A stretch of DNA of 64,000 bases from Nitrospirales bacterium (GTDB lineage: Bacteria; Nitrospirota; Nitrospiria; Nitrospirales; UBA8639), in assembly GCA_965223295.1 (NCBI GenBank), contig CBDCWC010000002.1:1440001-1504000 (forward strand). Direction: 5' to 3'. The translations under genes and the position numbers were made by a program. The notes beneath the pieces are model-generated. The model was not told the DNA's origin and did no database searches. It saw only the letters and a list, made by a program, of their open reading frames with translations. Shown here in pieces: positions 1 to 8,898 of the stretch (position 1 is its first letter; each line of letters begins with the position of its first letter).

Positions 1-204
1 ACCGGTGTATTCACACAGAACGGACAAACATCATACATCGCGGTTTATGCAGATTTAGCGGTTTCAAAATCCTGTGTAAATTGTCATAACACTCATCTTC
101 TGAGTCAGAAGCGAGATCATGCACTCGGAGATGTCATGGGCGCCATTATCATCTCGTTCCCGGTTGCACAATCTCCCAAGACTGGAAAAATAAGACCTGA
201 GTAG
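1..204 (+). CDS. 3' end of a c-type heme protein (DUF3365/Tll0287-like domain), truncated by window edge
   Basis: Manual frame-1 translation ...YIAVYADLAVSKSCVNCHNTH...GDVMGAIIISFPV...* shows a CxxCH motif and the typical DUF3365 tail; TAG at 202-204; absent from ORF track. Confidence 0.75.
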   Translation, partial: TGVFTQNGQTSYIAVYADLAVSKSCVNCHNTHLLSQKRDHALGDVMGAIIISFPVAQSPKTGKIRPE

Positions 205-224
205 GATCCTATAGGACTTACTTC

Positions 225-1184
225 ATGAATGAACAAATCACTAAGCAACGAAGCGAGATGATTCCCCAGAATTTGGTTATCGTAATGTTCTGCATCTTTT
301 TGGGACTGGAGGTATTCTCTATAAGACTCGCCTGGCCCTATGAAGCCATCCCTGAATTCACCGGTGGTGATTTAAGCGGAACAGTCAAAGTGCAGGGAAC
401 AATTCCTCATCCCAAGCGTTTTAACCTTGTCCTTTTTCCCGATCCATATTATTGCGGAAGAGTCTCAGACGGTACCGGCTGGCGAATCACTCCCATGCCA
501 GCTCTTGGCCAACAACAAGAACTGCCTGGAGCTGTCGTCTTCCTAGAACATATTGAACGTGGAAAGGCACGTCCTCATTCAGGCTCTGTCATCCAAACCA
601 AAAATTGCATCTTTTTGCCCTACACCAACGCCACTCAAATTGGACAAACTCTGCAATTTGAAAACTGGGACCCTATCCAGCATAAGCTTGAAGTATTCGT
701 CACTTCAGATGACGGGGCACAAGCCATTCACAGAGACGACCTCCAGCCTCATCTCGACAATAGAAAAAGCGATTATCTTTCAGCCGATCCCTCTGGTTCT
801 CTCCAAGCCGGCCCCCCCATTCGATTTACAGTCAAGAGGTCAGGCATCCTGGTGTTCCGGTGCCAACTTCATGACTACATGGAAGGGTGGAGTCTTGTCT
901 TGACCCATCCCTATTTTTCGATCACCGGAGAACAGGGGAACTTTCAGCTCACCGACATTCCACCTGGCAGCTACAATCTGACTGTGTGGCACCCTCTGGG
1001 CGAGCAAAAAACGACAGTGAAGATCGAGGATAACCAGAACCATCACATGGAGGTTCTTCTCACGCCGAAATCACCCTCCACTTATGAAGATGAGAGAAAA
1101 GAGAGCCCATTCGGCATTGATTTAGTGGGGGATGCGACAATCCTTCCAACTGTAGAACATCAAACATGGAATCAGGTCCGTTAA
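225..1184 (+). CDS. Exported cupredoxin-like / carboxypeptidase regulatory-like domain protein
   Basis: N-terminal hydrophobic segment; N-x-D-x3-H and CQLHDYM (C-x2-H-x2-M) copper-ligand-like motifs; C-terminal GNFQLTDIPPGSYNLTVWH beta-sandwich signature. Confidence 0.65.
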   Translation: MNEQITKQRSEMIPQNLVIVMFCIFLGLEVFSIRLAWPYEAIPEFTGGDLSGTVKVQGTIPHPKRFNLVLFPDPYYCGRVSDGTGWRITPMPALGQQQELPGAVVFLEHIERGKARPHSGSVIQTKNCIFLPYTNATQIGQTLQFENWDPIQHKLEVFVTSDDGAQAIHRDDLQPHLDNRKSDYLSADPSGSLQAGPPIRFTVKRSGILVFRCQLHDYMEGWSLVLTHPYFSITGEQGNFQLTDIPPGSYNLTVWHPLGEQKTTVKIEDNQNHHMEVLLTPKSPSTYEDERKESPFGIDLVGDATILPTVEHQTWNQVR

Positions 1185-1204
1185 GACTGCATAGGAACCA
1201 GCTC

Positions 1205-2140
1205 ATGAACATCATCATCGCAGGAGGAACAGGATTTATTGGTCGACACCTCTCGCGCCATTTGGTGCAACATGGTCACTCCGTGACACTATTATCCAGG
1301 CATCCAGATGAGCATAGCTTTAGTGATTTGCAGAATATCCGCATTCTAGAATGGGATGGCCAAACCCAAGGAGGGTGGGCTACCGCTTGCGAAGGTGCAG
1401 AGGCCATCATTAATTTATCAGGCTCTCCCATTGCTGATGCTCGCTGGACTGAAGCACGGAAAGAACAGCTTCTGATGAGCCGTTTGCATTCGACTCGTGC
1501 TCTGATGAAAGCCATCTCGAGCTGGAAAGAAAAACCTCACACGTATATTTCAGCCTCAGGCATAGGGTTCTATGGCGACCGTGGAAAGGAAATCGTTCAT
1601 GAATCTTCAGGACCTGGAACAGGCTTTCTCTCCACTTTTTGTGAAGCTTGGGAAAATGCCGCCTGGGAAGGAGAAGCCTTGGGGCTTCGAGTGGTTCCTG
1701 TTCGAATTGGCATGGTCTTAGGAACAGATGGTGGAGCACTGTCAAAAATGTCAGCCCCCTTCCGCATGTTTCTTGGTGGACTAATTTTACCTGGAACCCA
1801 ATATGTGTCATGGATCCACCATGAAGATCTCAGCCAACTGATACTGTGGCTTCTCTTAGAACGATCCATCAACGGCCCCATTAATGGGGTGGCACCTCAA
1901 CCCGTCACCATGAAGGAATTTTGTGCATTGTTGGGAAAGGCGATGAACCGCCCCTCCTGGTTTCCCGTTCCCGGCTTCATCTTACAGATTCTGTTAGGAG
2001 AACTAGCCAGCATGTTGACGACAGGCCAACGTGTGGTTCCTCAACGGGCCTTAGAGAAAGGCTTCACGTTCACATATCCCGACCTGTGGGCAGCACTCCA
2101 CTCACTTTTTCCTGCTGACTCTCACCTAAAAGGAGACTAG
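1205..2140 (+). CDS. TIGR01777 family NAD-dependent epimerase-like oxidoreductase (YfcH-like)
   Basis: MNIIIAGGTGFIG Rossmann motif, INLSG, SASGIGFYG, SWIH, GQRVVP; ATG at 1205 preferred over 1166. Confidence 0.9.
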   Translation: MNIIIAGGTGFIGRHLSRHLVQHGHSVTLLSRHPDEHSFSDLQNIRILEWDGQTQGGWATACEGAEAIINLSGSPIADARWTEARKEQLLMSRLHSTRALMKAISSWKEKPHTYISASGIGFYGDRGKEIVHESSGPGTGFLSTFCEAWENAAWEGEALGLRVVPVRIGMVLGTDGGALSKMSAPFRMFLGGLILPGTQYVSWIHHEDLSQLILWLLLERSINGPINGVAPQPVTMKEFCALLGKAMNRPSWFPVPGFILQILLGELASMLTTGQRVVPQRALEKGFTFTYPDLWAALHSLFPADSHLKGD

Positions 2141-2142
2141 CT

Positions 2143-2754
2143 ATGCGATCCCGTCAACAGGTGTCCCCGTGTCAATCAAAGTCGTATGCTCTCTACTCGG
2201 TCCATGTAAAAGTCTTAGTTATTCTGTTCGCGTTTGGGATGTTATTTCTCTACTTTCTCACTCCTACTCATGCTTCGGAACAGCCTCTTCAATTACAAAA
2301 AGGGCATGGCCTTCCTCAAGCGACAGTGATTGGACAAGATGGACAGGCCATTTCTCTGGAAAGCTTGAAGGGGCAGGTGACACTGATCAGCGTGGTCCCT
2401 CAGCTCAATACGCCAGTCTGTGATGAGCAAACGCATCGGTTCAGCGAGCAAAATGATGGCCTGGATCAACTCATCTCATTTGTGACAATGAGCACAAACT
2501 CGCATCAGGATCAGATGAATTTTGCGCACAAAGCACACATCCAAAATATGCGATTCCTATCCGACGCGCCTGAGTTTGAATTTGGCCGAACCACAGGCTT
2601 ACTCCTACAGGATATCGACATCTTACATCGGGCCGTCATTGTATTAGACGAACAAGCTATTATTCGATATGTTGAAATTGTGCCTATGAGCCAACTACCC
2701 AATTTCGAACAAGCCTATCAAGTGGTTCGCTCGTTGATCCCGCGAACCTCTTAA
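2143..2754 (+). CDS. tpx: Tpx-like thiol peroxidase with N-terminal signal/anchor
   Basis: VPQLNTPVC (PxxxTxxC peroxidatic motif), conserved Arg in LHRAV, EIVP..LPNFE tail. Confidence 0.75.
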   Translation: MRSRQQVSPCQSKSYALYSVHVKVLVILFAFGMLFLYFLTPTHASEQPLQLQKGHGLPQATVIGQDGQAISLESLKGQVTLISVVPQLNTPVCDEQTHRFSEQNDGLDQLISFVTMSTNSHQDQMNFAHKAHIQNMRFLSDAPEFEFGRTTGLLLQDIDILHRAVIVLDEQAIIRYVEIVPMSQLPNFEQAYQVVRSLIPRTS

Positions 2755-2765
2755 GGAGCAAGCCC

Positions 2766-3242
2766 ATGATCGAACACATCCTCATTTTTCTGAACCTCTT
2801 AGCGATGGCCGTCCTAGTGGGAAAAATCATTTTCCTTTCTTTTGTCACCGCTCCGGTCCTAGCCCGGACCTTAGATGACGATGCATTTTCCCGAGTCGTA
2901 CGTAGCCTGTTTCCTCCTTACTACGGACTTGGAATGCTCAGTGCTTCGGTAGGGTGGATAAGTAGCATTGCGTTAGGGCTCCTGGACGATTTTGAATCGC
3001 TGATGCTCATTCCAGCCACCCTCTGGTTAGGCATCTTGGCTATTGAGTATTATTGCCGGACTCCACTGATCACTGAACTCAACGCTCTGAGTAATGAATT
3101 AAAAGTGAAACAAGATAAAGGCCTCAACACTCCTCTCTTACGAAAGAAAAGAGATGGCCTGCATCGTCTCTCAGTTCAATTGAATTCCCTGGTTTTAGTC
3201 ATGGGCCTGTGCTTGATTGGTCTGTCCGGCATCTCGTTATAA
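2766..3242 (+). CDS. DUF4149 family membrane protein
   Basis: Four hydrophobic helices; FVTAPVL, LFPPYY, LHRLSVQLN motifs. Confidence 0.75.
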   Translation: MIEHILIFLNLLAMAVLVGKIIFLSFVTAPVLARTLDDDAFSRVVRSLFPPYYGLGMLSASVGWISSIALGLLDDFESLMLIPATLWLGILAIEYYCRTPLITELNALSNELKVKQDKGLNTPLLRKKRDGLHRLSVQLNSLVLVMGLCLIGLSGISL

Positions 3243-3263
3243 CTCATCGAAGGAGGCATACCT

Positions 3264-3752
3264 ATGCACATATTCACGTCATCAAGTTTTCATCATGTTA
3301 AATTTTTGACAGTTTTCATCCTAATCTGTGGACTTCTTAGCTTCGTTACCACAACTGGATCGTCCTATGAATCACCAACAGGCATGACTCCACCCATGAA
3401 TAATCCCCATGCGCCTCATCCCGGTCCCAACACTCCACCGGCCTCAGGTATCGTGGGCATTGCCCTACACATCACCGCCACGAAAGTTGGTGACCCTGCC
3501 CGTCTCATTATTCGAGCGGTTCATCCAGCGGGGCCAGCCGGAGGAGCCGGTGTGACTCACGGAGAAGAAGTGGTTTCCGTAGAAGGAGAACCAGTCAGTG
3601 GGAAAACGTATCAAGAAGCCGTCAGTATGATTCGTGGTGAAGTGGGAAGCAGCGTCACACTTGACCTGCAGGGTCCGCAGGGCGAGCGTACGCTGAGCAT
3701 CATGCGGATGAACGAAGCAACACTCATGGAGCAAACACCCCAAACCATGTAA
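3264..3752 (+). CDS. Exported single PDZ-domain protein
   Basis: Signal-like N-terminus; GIVGIAL, GPAGGAGV..GEEVVSVEG, MIRGEVGSSVTL resemble CtpA-type PDZ without a protease domain. Confidence 0.75.
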   Translation: MHIFTSSSFHHVKFLTVFILICGLLSFVTTTGSSYESPTGMTPPMNNPHAPHPGPNTPPASGIVGIALHITATKVGDPARLIIRAVHPAGPAGGAGVTHGEEVVSVEGEPVSGKTYQEAVSMIRGEVGSSVTLDLQGPQGERTLSIMRMNEATLMEQTPQTM

Positions 3753-3787
3753 ATACCGTTGAATGACCATCTGAAACTATCTTGACT

Positions 3788-5284
3788 ATGACGTCCTCCT
3801 CACCATCCATTGTGCTCTTTCAGGCTGACTTACGCCTCGCAGATAACCCAGCCTTATCTGCCGCTGTTAAGCGTGGAGAACCACTCCTGTGTCTGTATAT
3901 TTGGGACCCAGAGGCCACAGGATATGCGATGCCTGGTGCAGCAAGCCGCTGGTGGCTTCACTACTCGCTTGAAAGTTTGTCTCGCAACCTCGATGCCGCC
4001 GGCAGTAAACTCTTCATCTCCGTAGGGAACACTCTTGGCGTATTGTCCAGACTCCTGACAACCTTTACTCAAGCACACATATTTTGGAATCGATCATGTG
4101 AGCCAACGATTCGGCATTCGGAGACGCAACTCCTAAAGCTTTTAACGTCAAAGCAGGTTCAGAGTTCCTCCTTTTATGGGAACCACCTGACAGACCCCTC
4201 TAAGATTCGCACTCAGGCTCAGAAGCCCTATCGAGTCTTCACACCATTTTGGAAACAACTCCAATCAAGCCTTACACTTCCTCCTACACTTCCGACGTGT
4301 AAGAAGCTCCCCCCGCCTCCAACGACCGCGTTCACATTCGACTCGCTGGAGAGCTTGCGCTTACTCCCCAGAATTGACTGGGCAAGAGGAATTCGTGAAA
4401 CCTGGAAACCTGGGGAAACTGGTGCGGGGTCAGCCCTCAAGAAATTTCTTCGCGACCCTGTGAGCACGTATTCAACTGATCGAGATCGACCAGACCTTCC
4501 TCATACCTCACAACTCTCCCCGCATCTTCGATTCGGAGAAATCAGTCCGAGGCAAATTTGGCATACCGTTCGAGGAGCAAAACGCCAAAACCACAGCATC
4601 GAAGAGCGGAAAAGTCATGAGGCGTACTTACGGCAAATTGTCTGGCGGGAATTTGCGAATCATCTGCTCTACCATTTTCCCAATACCATAGACGAACCCA
4701 TGAATGGCGAATACAGGCATTTCCCATGGCAAGAGCAATCTAAATTTCTTCGTCAATGGCAAAAAGGCCTGACCGGCTACCCTATCGTGGATGCCGGCAT
4801 GCGAGAACTATGGCAGACAGGCTGGATGCATAACCGAGTCCGTATGATCACTGGATCTTTTTTAACAAAAGATCTCCTGATCCCATGGCAAAAAGGCGCC
4901 ATATGGTTCTGGGACACGCTTGTGGATGCTGATTTGGCGAACAACACGTTAGGTTGGCAATGGGTGGCTGGCTGCGGAGCCGACGCCTCGCCATTTTTTC
5001 GAATATTTAATCCCGTGACGCAGGGCATCAAGTTTGACCCGGATGGCCAATATGTCAAACGATGGATCCCAGAACTTTCAGGACTACACGCACCCTGGAT
5101 CCACAAACCATGGGAAGCTCCACCTCTTCTCTTGGCTGAAGCGGAGGTAACCCTTGGAGAGACATATCCCTGGCCGATTGTGGACCACCAAGTAGCCCGC
5201 AAACAGGCGCTCGAGAGTTATCATACATGGTCAGTTGAAAAAAGCCGCCAGCAGCGTTCTCGCCAGTTTTCCATGCTCACGTAG
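3788..5284 (+). CDS. phr: Deoxyribodipyrimidine photolyase (cryptochrome/photolyase family, class I/III CPD type)
   Basis: DLRLADNPAL, SQLSPHLRFGEIS, TGYPIVDAGMRELWQTGWMHNRVRM, DADLANN..GWQWVAGCGAD..PFFRIFNP. Confidence 0.95.
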   Translation: MTSSSPSIVLFQADLRLADNPALSAAVKRGEPLLCLYIWDPEATGYAMPGAASRWWLHYSLESLSRNLDAAGSKLFISVGNTLGVLSRLLTTFTQAHIFWNRSCEPTIRHSETQLLKLLTSKQVQSSSFYGNHLTDPSKIRTQAQKPYRVFTPFWKQLQSSLTLPPTLPTCKKLPPPPTTAFTFDSLESLRLLPRIDWARGIRETWKPGETGAGSALKKFLRDPVSTYSTDRDRPDLPHTSQLSPHLRFGEISPRQIWHTVRGAKRQNHSIEERKSHEAYLRQIVWREFANHLLYHFPNTIDEPMNGEYRHFPWQEQSKFLRQWQKGLTGYPIVDAGMRELWQTGWMHNRVRMITGSFLTKDLLIPWQKGAIWFWDTLVDADLANNTLGWQWVAGCGADASPFFRIFNPVTQGIKFDPDGQYVKRWIPELSGLHAPWIHKPWEAPPLLLAEAEVTLGETYPWPIVDHQVARKQALESYHTWSVEKSRQQRSRQFSMLT

Positions 5285-5417
5285 GACCAGTACGCTCCGC
5301 GCGCAAAATTGCTGCGGCCTTGCTGGACGGACCTTTTTGAACTGACCCAAAGCTGTTGATTGCCAATAGCTTCCTGGCGAACTATGACCTTTGATATCTT
5401 CATCATTCAACGCTCTC
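5229..5417 (-). mobile_element. MITE family copy 1 (189 bp, no nested insert); overlaps 3' end of photolyase gene
   Basis: Reverse complement aligns by eye with copies at 33051, 36358 and 37297; ends GAGAGCGTTGAA... / ...TTTTTTCAACTGACC; internal inverted repeat GGTCAGTT(G/C)AAAAA bounding 5229-5347. Confidence 0.85.
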
Positions 5418-5469
5418 AAAGCTTAAAGAATACTCCGCGCACTGTTAAGCATTCCGTACATGAGGCCGA

Positions 5470-6519
5470 ATGAAACATTCTGAAAACACGCGCACCCTGA
5501 CCTCTCCTCAACGGCCTGAGCCTCACAAGACGGGACGATATTCCACAACGTCAGCTAGACCACCTGACATCCCTAAGCCTCGAATCGGGATCTCTCAATG
5601 TTTATTAGGTAAAGAAGTCCGTTACGACGGCGGCCATAAACGCGATGTGTTTATTACTGAAGTCTTAGCACCTTTTGTAGAGTGGATTTCTGTCTGCCCC
5701 GAAGTCGAAGCAGGACTAGGAATCCCCCGGGAGGCCATGCGTTTAGTTGGCAACCCCGACGCTCCTAAGCTTCTGACATCCCATTCCAAGATTGATCTCA
5801 CAGCCACACTGACAACGTTCAGTCAAAAGCGAGCACTCGAACTACGCGCCAACGATTTAGACGGATATATCTTCAAGAAGAATTCCCCAAGTTGCGGCAT
5901 TCATCGAGTCAAAATTTTCACCAAGAACGGGCATCCCTCCCATCAGGGCGTCGGCATATTCTCAGGAACGATTCAAGAATCTATGCCCTTGCTCCCCCTC
6001 GAAGAGGAAGGGCGGCTTCATGATACGCTTCTTCGAGAAAATTTTGTCGAGCGGATCTTCTCCTATCGACGATGGAAGACACAGGTCCAACACACACGCC
6101 TGAGCCGGGGAAGCATTGTCAATTTTCATACGCGACATAAATATTTATTGCTCACTCACAGCCGTGCTCATTATCACGAACTCGGCCAGCTTGTTGCCAA
6201 GGCCGGTCAATTCACTCCCACGGAATTAGCCAAAGCCTACGGTGTGCGCTTTATGGAAGGACTAAAAGTCAAAGCCACCGTCAAGAAACATGTCAACGTC
6301 CTTCAACATTTAGCGGGGCATCTGAAGAAACAAATCACGGCAGTCGAACGGGCGGAGTTACAAGAAACGATTACCGATTATCATTGCCAGCGTATTCCTC
6401 TAGCTGTTCCATTGATGCTCATTAAACATTATGTGCGGCTACTAGACATTCCTTATTTAGTTGACCAAGTCTATCTCAATCCACATCCTAAAGAATTAAT
6501 CCTGCGAAACCATGTCTAG
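5470..6519 (+). CDS. DUF523 (TudS-like desulfidase) + DUF1722 (YbgA) fusion protein
   Basis: GISQCLLG..VRYDGGH, VCPEV..GLGIPRE, KKNSPSCG ([4Fe-4S] cysteines), EEEGRL; C-terminal FHTRHKYLLL, NVLQHLAG, YLNPHP. Confidence 0.92.
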   Translation: MKHSENTRTLTSPQRPEPHKTGRYSTTSARPPDIPKPRIGISQCLLGKEVRYDGGHKRDVFITEVLAPFVEWISVCPEVEAGLGIPREAMRLVGNPDAPKLLTSHSKIDLTATLTTFSQKRALELRANDLDGYIFKKNSPSCGIHRVKIFTKNGHPSHQGVGIFSGTIQESMPLLPLEEEGRLHDTLLRENFVERIFSYRRWKTQVQHTRLSRGSIVNFHTRHKYLLLTHSRAHYHELGQLVAKAGQFTPTELAKAYGVRFMEGLKVKATVKKHVNVLQHLAGHLKKQITAVERAELQETITDYHCQRIPLAVPLMLIKHYVRLLDIPYLVDQVYLNPHPKELILRNHV

Positions 6520-7480
6520 TACGCCCAACACCAGTATAGAGAACACGGGCTATCGCATTAAAGCGGTAGCCTCAACCACAGGTCTCAGCACCCATGTGAT
6601 TCGCAAGTGGGAAGAACGCTACCATCTTGTACAACCTCATCGAAGCAACAATGGCTACCGCGTGTTTTCCGAAGAAGACATCCAACTCCTTCTCTTCATC
6701 AAAACCAAACTGGCAGCGGGAGCATCTATTGGTCAGCTGGCTCGGACCGGCCCGGCCAAACTGCGTCAAGCCATGCAACAGACACCACTGGATCTTTCGC
6801 CGATTCCTACACCTTATCGGAAAGACGCCAAACTTCTTCTTGAGGCAGCGCGGCACCAACATCTTGATGGCATCAAGAAGAAGCTCGAACATTGGATCCT
6901 GTCGATGGGATTGCAGGAGGCTATGATGAAACTGATCTTTCCTATTCTCAAACTTATTGGCGATCAATGGCACCAAGGAGGTATTTCTATATCCGGTGAA
7001 CATAGAGTCAGCCAGCTCGTCAGGCAACATTTACTCTCAGCGATCCGCCAAAACCTGCCATCAAACAACCCTCGTGCGGTCGTGGCCTGCGTCCCCGGTG
7101 ACTACCATGAAATTGCTCCATTGACCGCGACGATGTTCCTACAAAACTTGGGATGGCAAGGCACTTATCTTGGACCAAATGTATCCTTTGAAGTCCTACA
7201 GATGGCCTTGCGTCGTAAACAGACTCCACTTATGATTCTATCTTGTATAATCGAACCGGATACAGAGACCTTTTATTCCTGGTTACAAGAGATTATTCAA
7301 CATCTCGTCCCGCACACGACTGTAGCCCTCGGAGGAGCTGGCTTGTTATCGTATAAAACACTCTTGAAACAGTATTCCATTTCTTATCTGCGGACCATCC
7401 AAGATCTCACAATGTTTTCTCGGAACAATCATTCCGTCCTAACATCAGATGTTCGGTTCCTTCAATCTTCATGCGGCTAA
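6512..7480 (+). CDS. MerR-family cobalamin-binding photoregulator (CarH/LitR-like)
   Basis: MerR HTH (IRKWEERY..P.RS.NGYRVF); W-x9-EH upper-ligand motif (WHQGGISISGEH); PGDYHEIA lower His; YLGPNV. Confidence 0.85.
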   Translation: MSSTPNTSIENTGYRIKAVASTTGLSTHVIRKWEERYHLVQPHRSNNGYRVFSEEDIQLLLFIKTKLAAGASIGQLARTGPAKLRQAMQQTPLDLSPIPTPYRKDAKLLLEAARHQHLDGIKKKLEHWILSMGLQEAMMKLIFPILKLIGDQWHQGGISISGEHRVSQLVRQHLLSAIRQNLPSNNPRAVVACVPGDYHEIAPLTATMFLQNLGWQGTYLGPNVSFEVLQMALRRKQTPLMILSCIIEPDTETFYSWLQEIIQHLVPHTTVALGGAGLLSYKTLLKQYSISYLRTIQDLTMFSRNNHSVLTSDVRFLQSSCG

Positions 7481-7492
7481 GGAGTCTGTCTT

Positions 7493-8002
7493 ATGTCAGA
7501 ACGTAAAAAAGGTATTATTCTTGTTGGCCATGGCGGCATTCCTAAAGATTATCCAGCCGACCTGGTGAGTAAACTCAAACGACTGGAAGCACAGCGCCGG
7601 GCAGCCAAGCAACCGATGTCAGCAGAAGAATTGGCATTGGATACCAAAATCAGAACCTGGCCTCGCACCCCGGAATCAGACCCGTACCAGGCAGGACTCG
7701 AAGCCCTGGGAAATCAGATGAAACCTCTGATTAATGGCGCGTTATTTTCGTTGGCCTACAATGAGTTTTGCGGACCAACATTACAGGAAGCGGTAAAAAG
7801 TCTCATTAAACAAGGCGCAGAATCTATTACCGTCGTATCGACCATGTTCACACCTGGAGGATCCCATTCGGAATATGAGATTCCCGAAGAAATGGAGGAA
7901 CTCCGCCACGAACATCCGAATGTTCAGTTGCAATATGCTTGGCCATATGACCTGAGCCAAGTCTCGAAAATGCTTGTCGAACATATTGCACAATTTACAT
8001 AG
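7493..8002 (+). CDS. cbiX: Short CbiX/SirB-type sirohydrochlorin chelatase
   Basis: ILVGHG, AYNEFCGPTL, MFTPGGSHSEYEIP (two His metal ligands). Confidence 0.8.
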   Translation: MSERKKGIILVGHGGIPKDYPADLVSKLKRLEAQRRAAKQPMSAEELALDTKIRTWPRTPESDPYQAGLEALGNQMKPLINGALFSLAYNEFCGPTLQEAVKSLIKQGAESITVVSTMFTPGGSHSEYEIPEEMEELRHEHPNVQLQYAWPYDLSQVSKMLVEHIAQFT

Positions 8003-8068
8003 AAAAATATTTCAGCAAATCTTGATCTGGACATCAGTAAAGTTAATCCAGACATACGTACATTTTCC

Positions 8069-8425
8069 ATGGCCGCACAACGAGCTAAAAAACCAGCGAG
8101 CAGATCCCGACATCCAATCACCAAGCCGAAACTGGATTACCTGCACCATGTGGCCATTCCTGTACCAGATATTGCCAAAGCTTTGGAATGGTATACTTCT
8201 CGATTCAACTGCCAGGTTTTCTACCTGGACGAAACCTGGGCCTTATTGGAATTTGCCAACGCAAAGTTAGCACTTGTTCTTCCTCATGAACACCCTGCAC
8301 ATTTTGCCCTGAGTCGTCCGGATGCCAACAAATTTGGCGATCTCACTACTCACCGAGACGGACTGAAATCCGTGTATCTGAGGGATGCTTTCGGCAATTC
8401 GATTGAGATCATCGAAGAAGCCTGA
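8069..8425 (+). CDS. VOC/glyoxalase family protein
   Basis: LHHVAIPV.DIAKALEWY, HFAL, YLRDAFGNSIEI. Confidence 0.85.
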   Translation: MAAQRAKKPASRSRHPITKPKLDYLHHVAIPVPDIAKALEWYTSRFNCQVFYLDETWALLEFANAKLALVLPHEHPAHFALSRPDANKFGDLTTHRDGLKSVYLRDAFGNSIEIIEEA

Positions 8426-8448
8426 AAAACCCTACCTCTACCAGCTCC

Positions 8449-8793
8449 ATGATTGAGAGTATTGAGGATCGAGAGTTTGACCGGATTGTGGAACAGGCAG
8501 CCAGCCCAGTGTTGGTGGAATTCTGGCAGCCAGGCTGTGGCCATTGCCAAGCTCTACTTCAAGAACTAGAACTGGTGCAAGCTGAAGTTGGAGATCGCCT
8601 GACTATCTATACGATGAATGTGCAGGAAAATTTTCTAATCCCAAGGGAGCTAGAAATTCAGTCACTTCCAACCTTGGCATTGTATGTCGGCGGCCAATTT
8701 AGAACGTTTATTGGCGGCATCGGAAAGAAGCAGAACCTTCTTCAGCAACTCACACAATGGCTTCCCTCTTCCCCTACGACCCCTCCTTCATAA
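8449..8793 (+). CDS. Thioredoxin family protein
   Basis: VLVEFWQPGCGHC active site; cis-Pro loop SLPTL. Confidence 0.85.
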   Translation: MIESIEDREFDRIVEQAASPVLVEFWQPGCGHCQALLQELELVQAEVGDRLTIYTMNVQENFLIPRELEIQSLPTLALYVGGQFRTFIGGIGKKQNLLQQLTQWLPSSPTTPPS

Positions 8794-8898
8794 CCTGCTG
8801 CTTGGAACTTGCGAAGTATCAAAAATACGTGAAAAAGTCACGACTTCTCCACAGTCTCACAAATTTCTATTAACTTGATGAATTTCCTCAACCCTATC

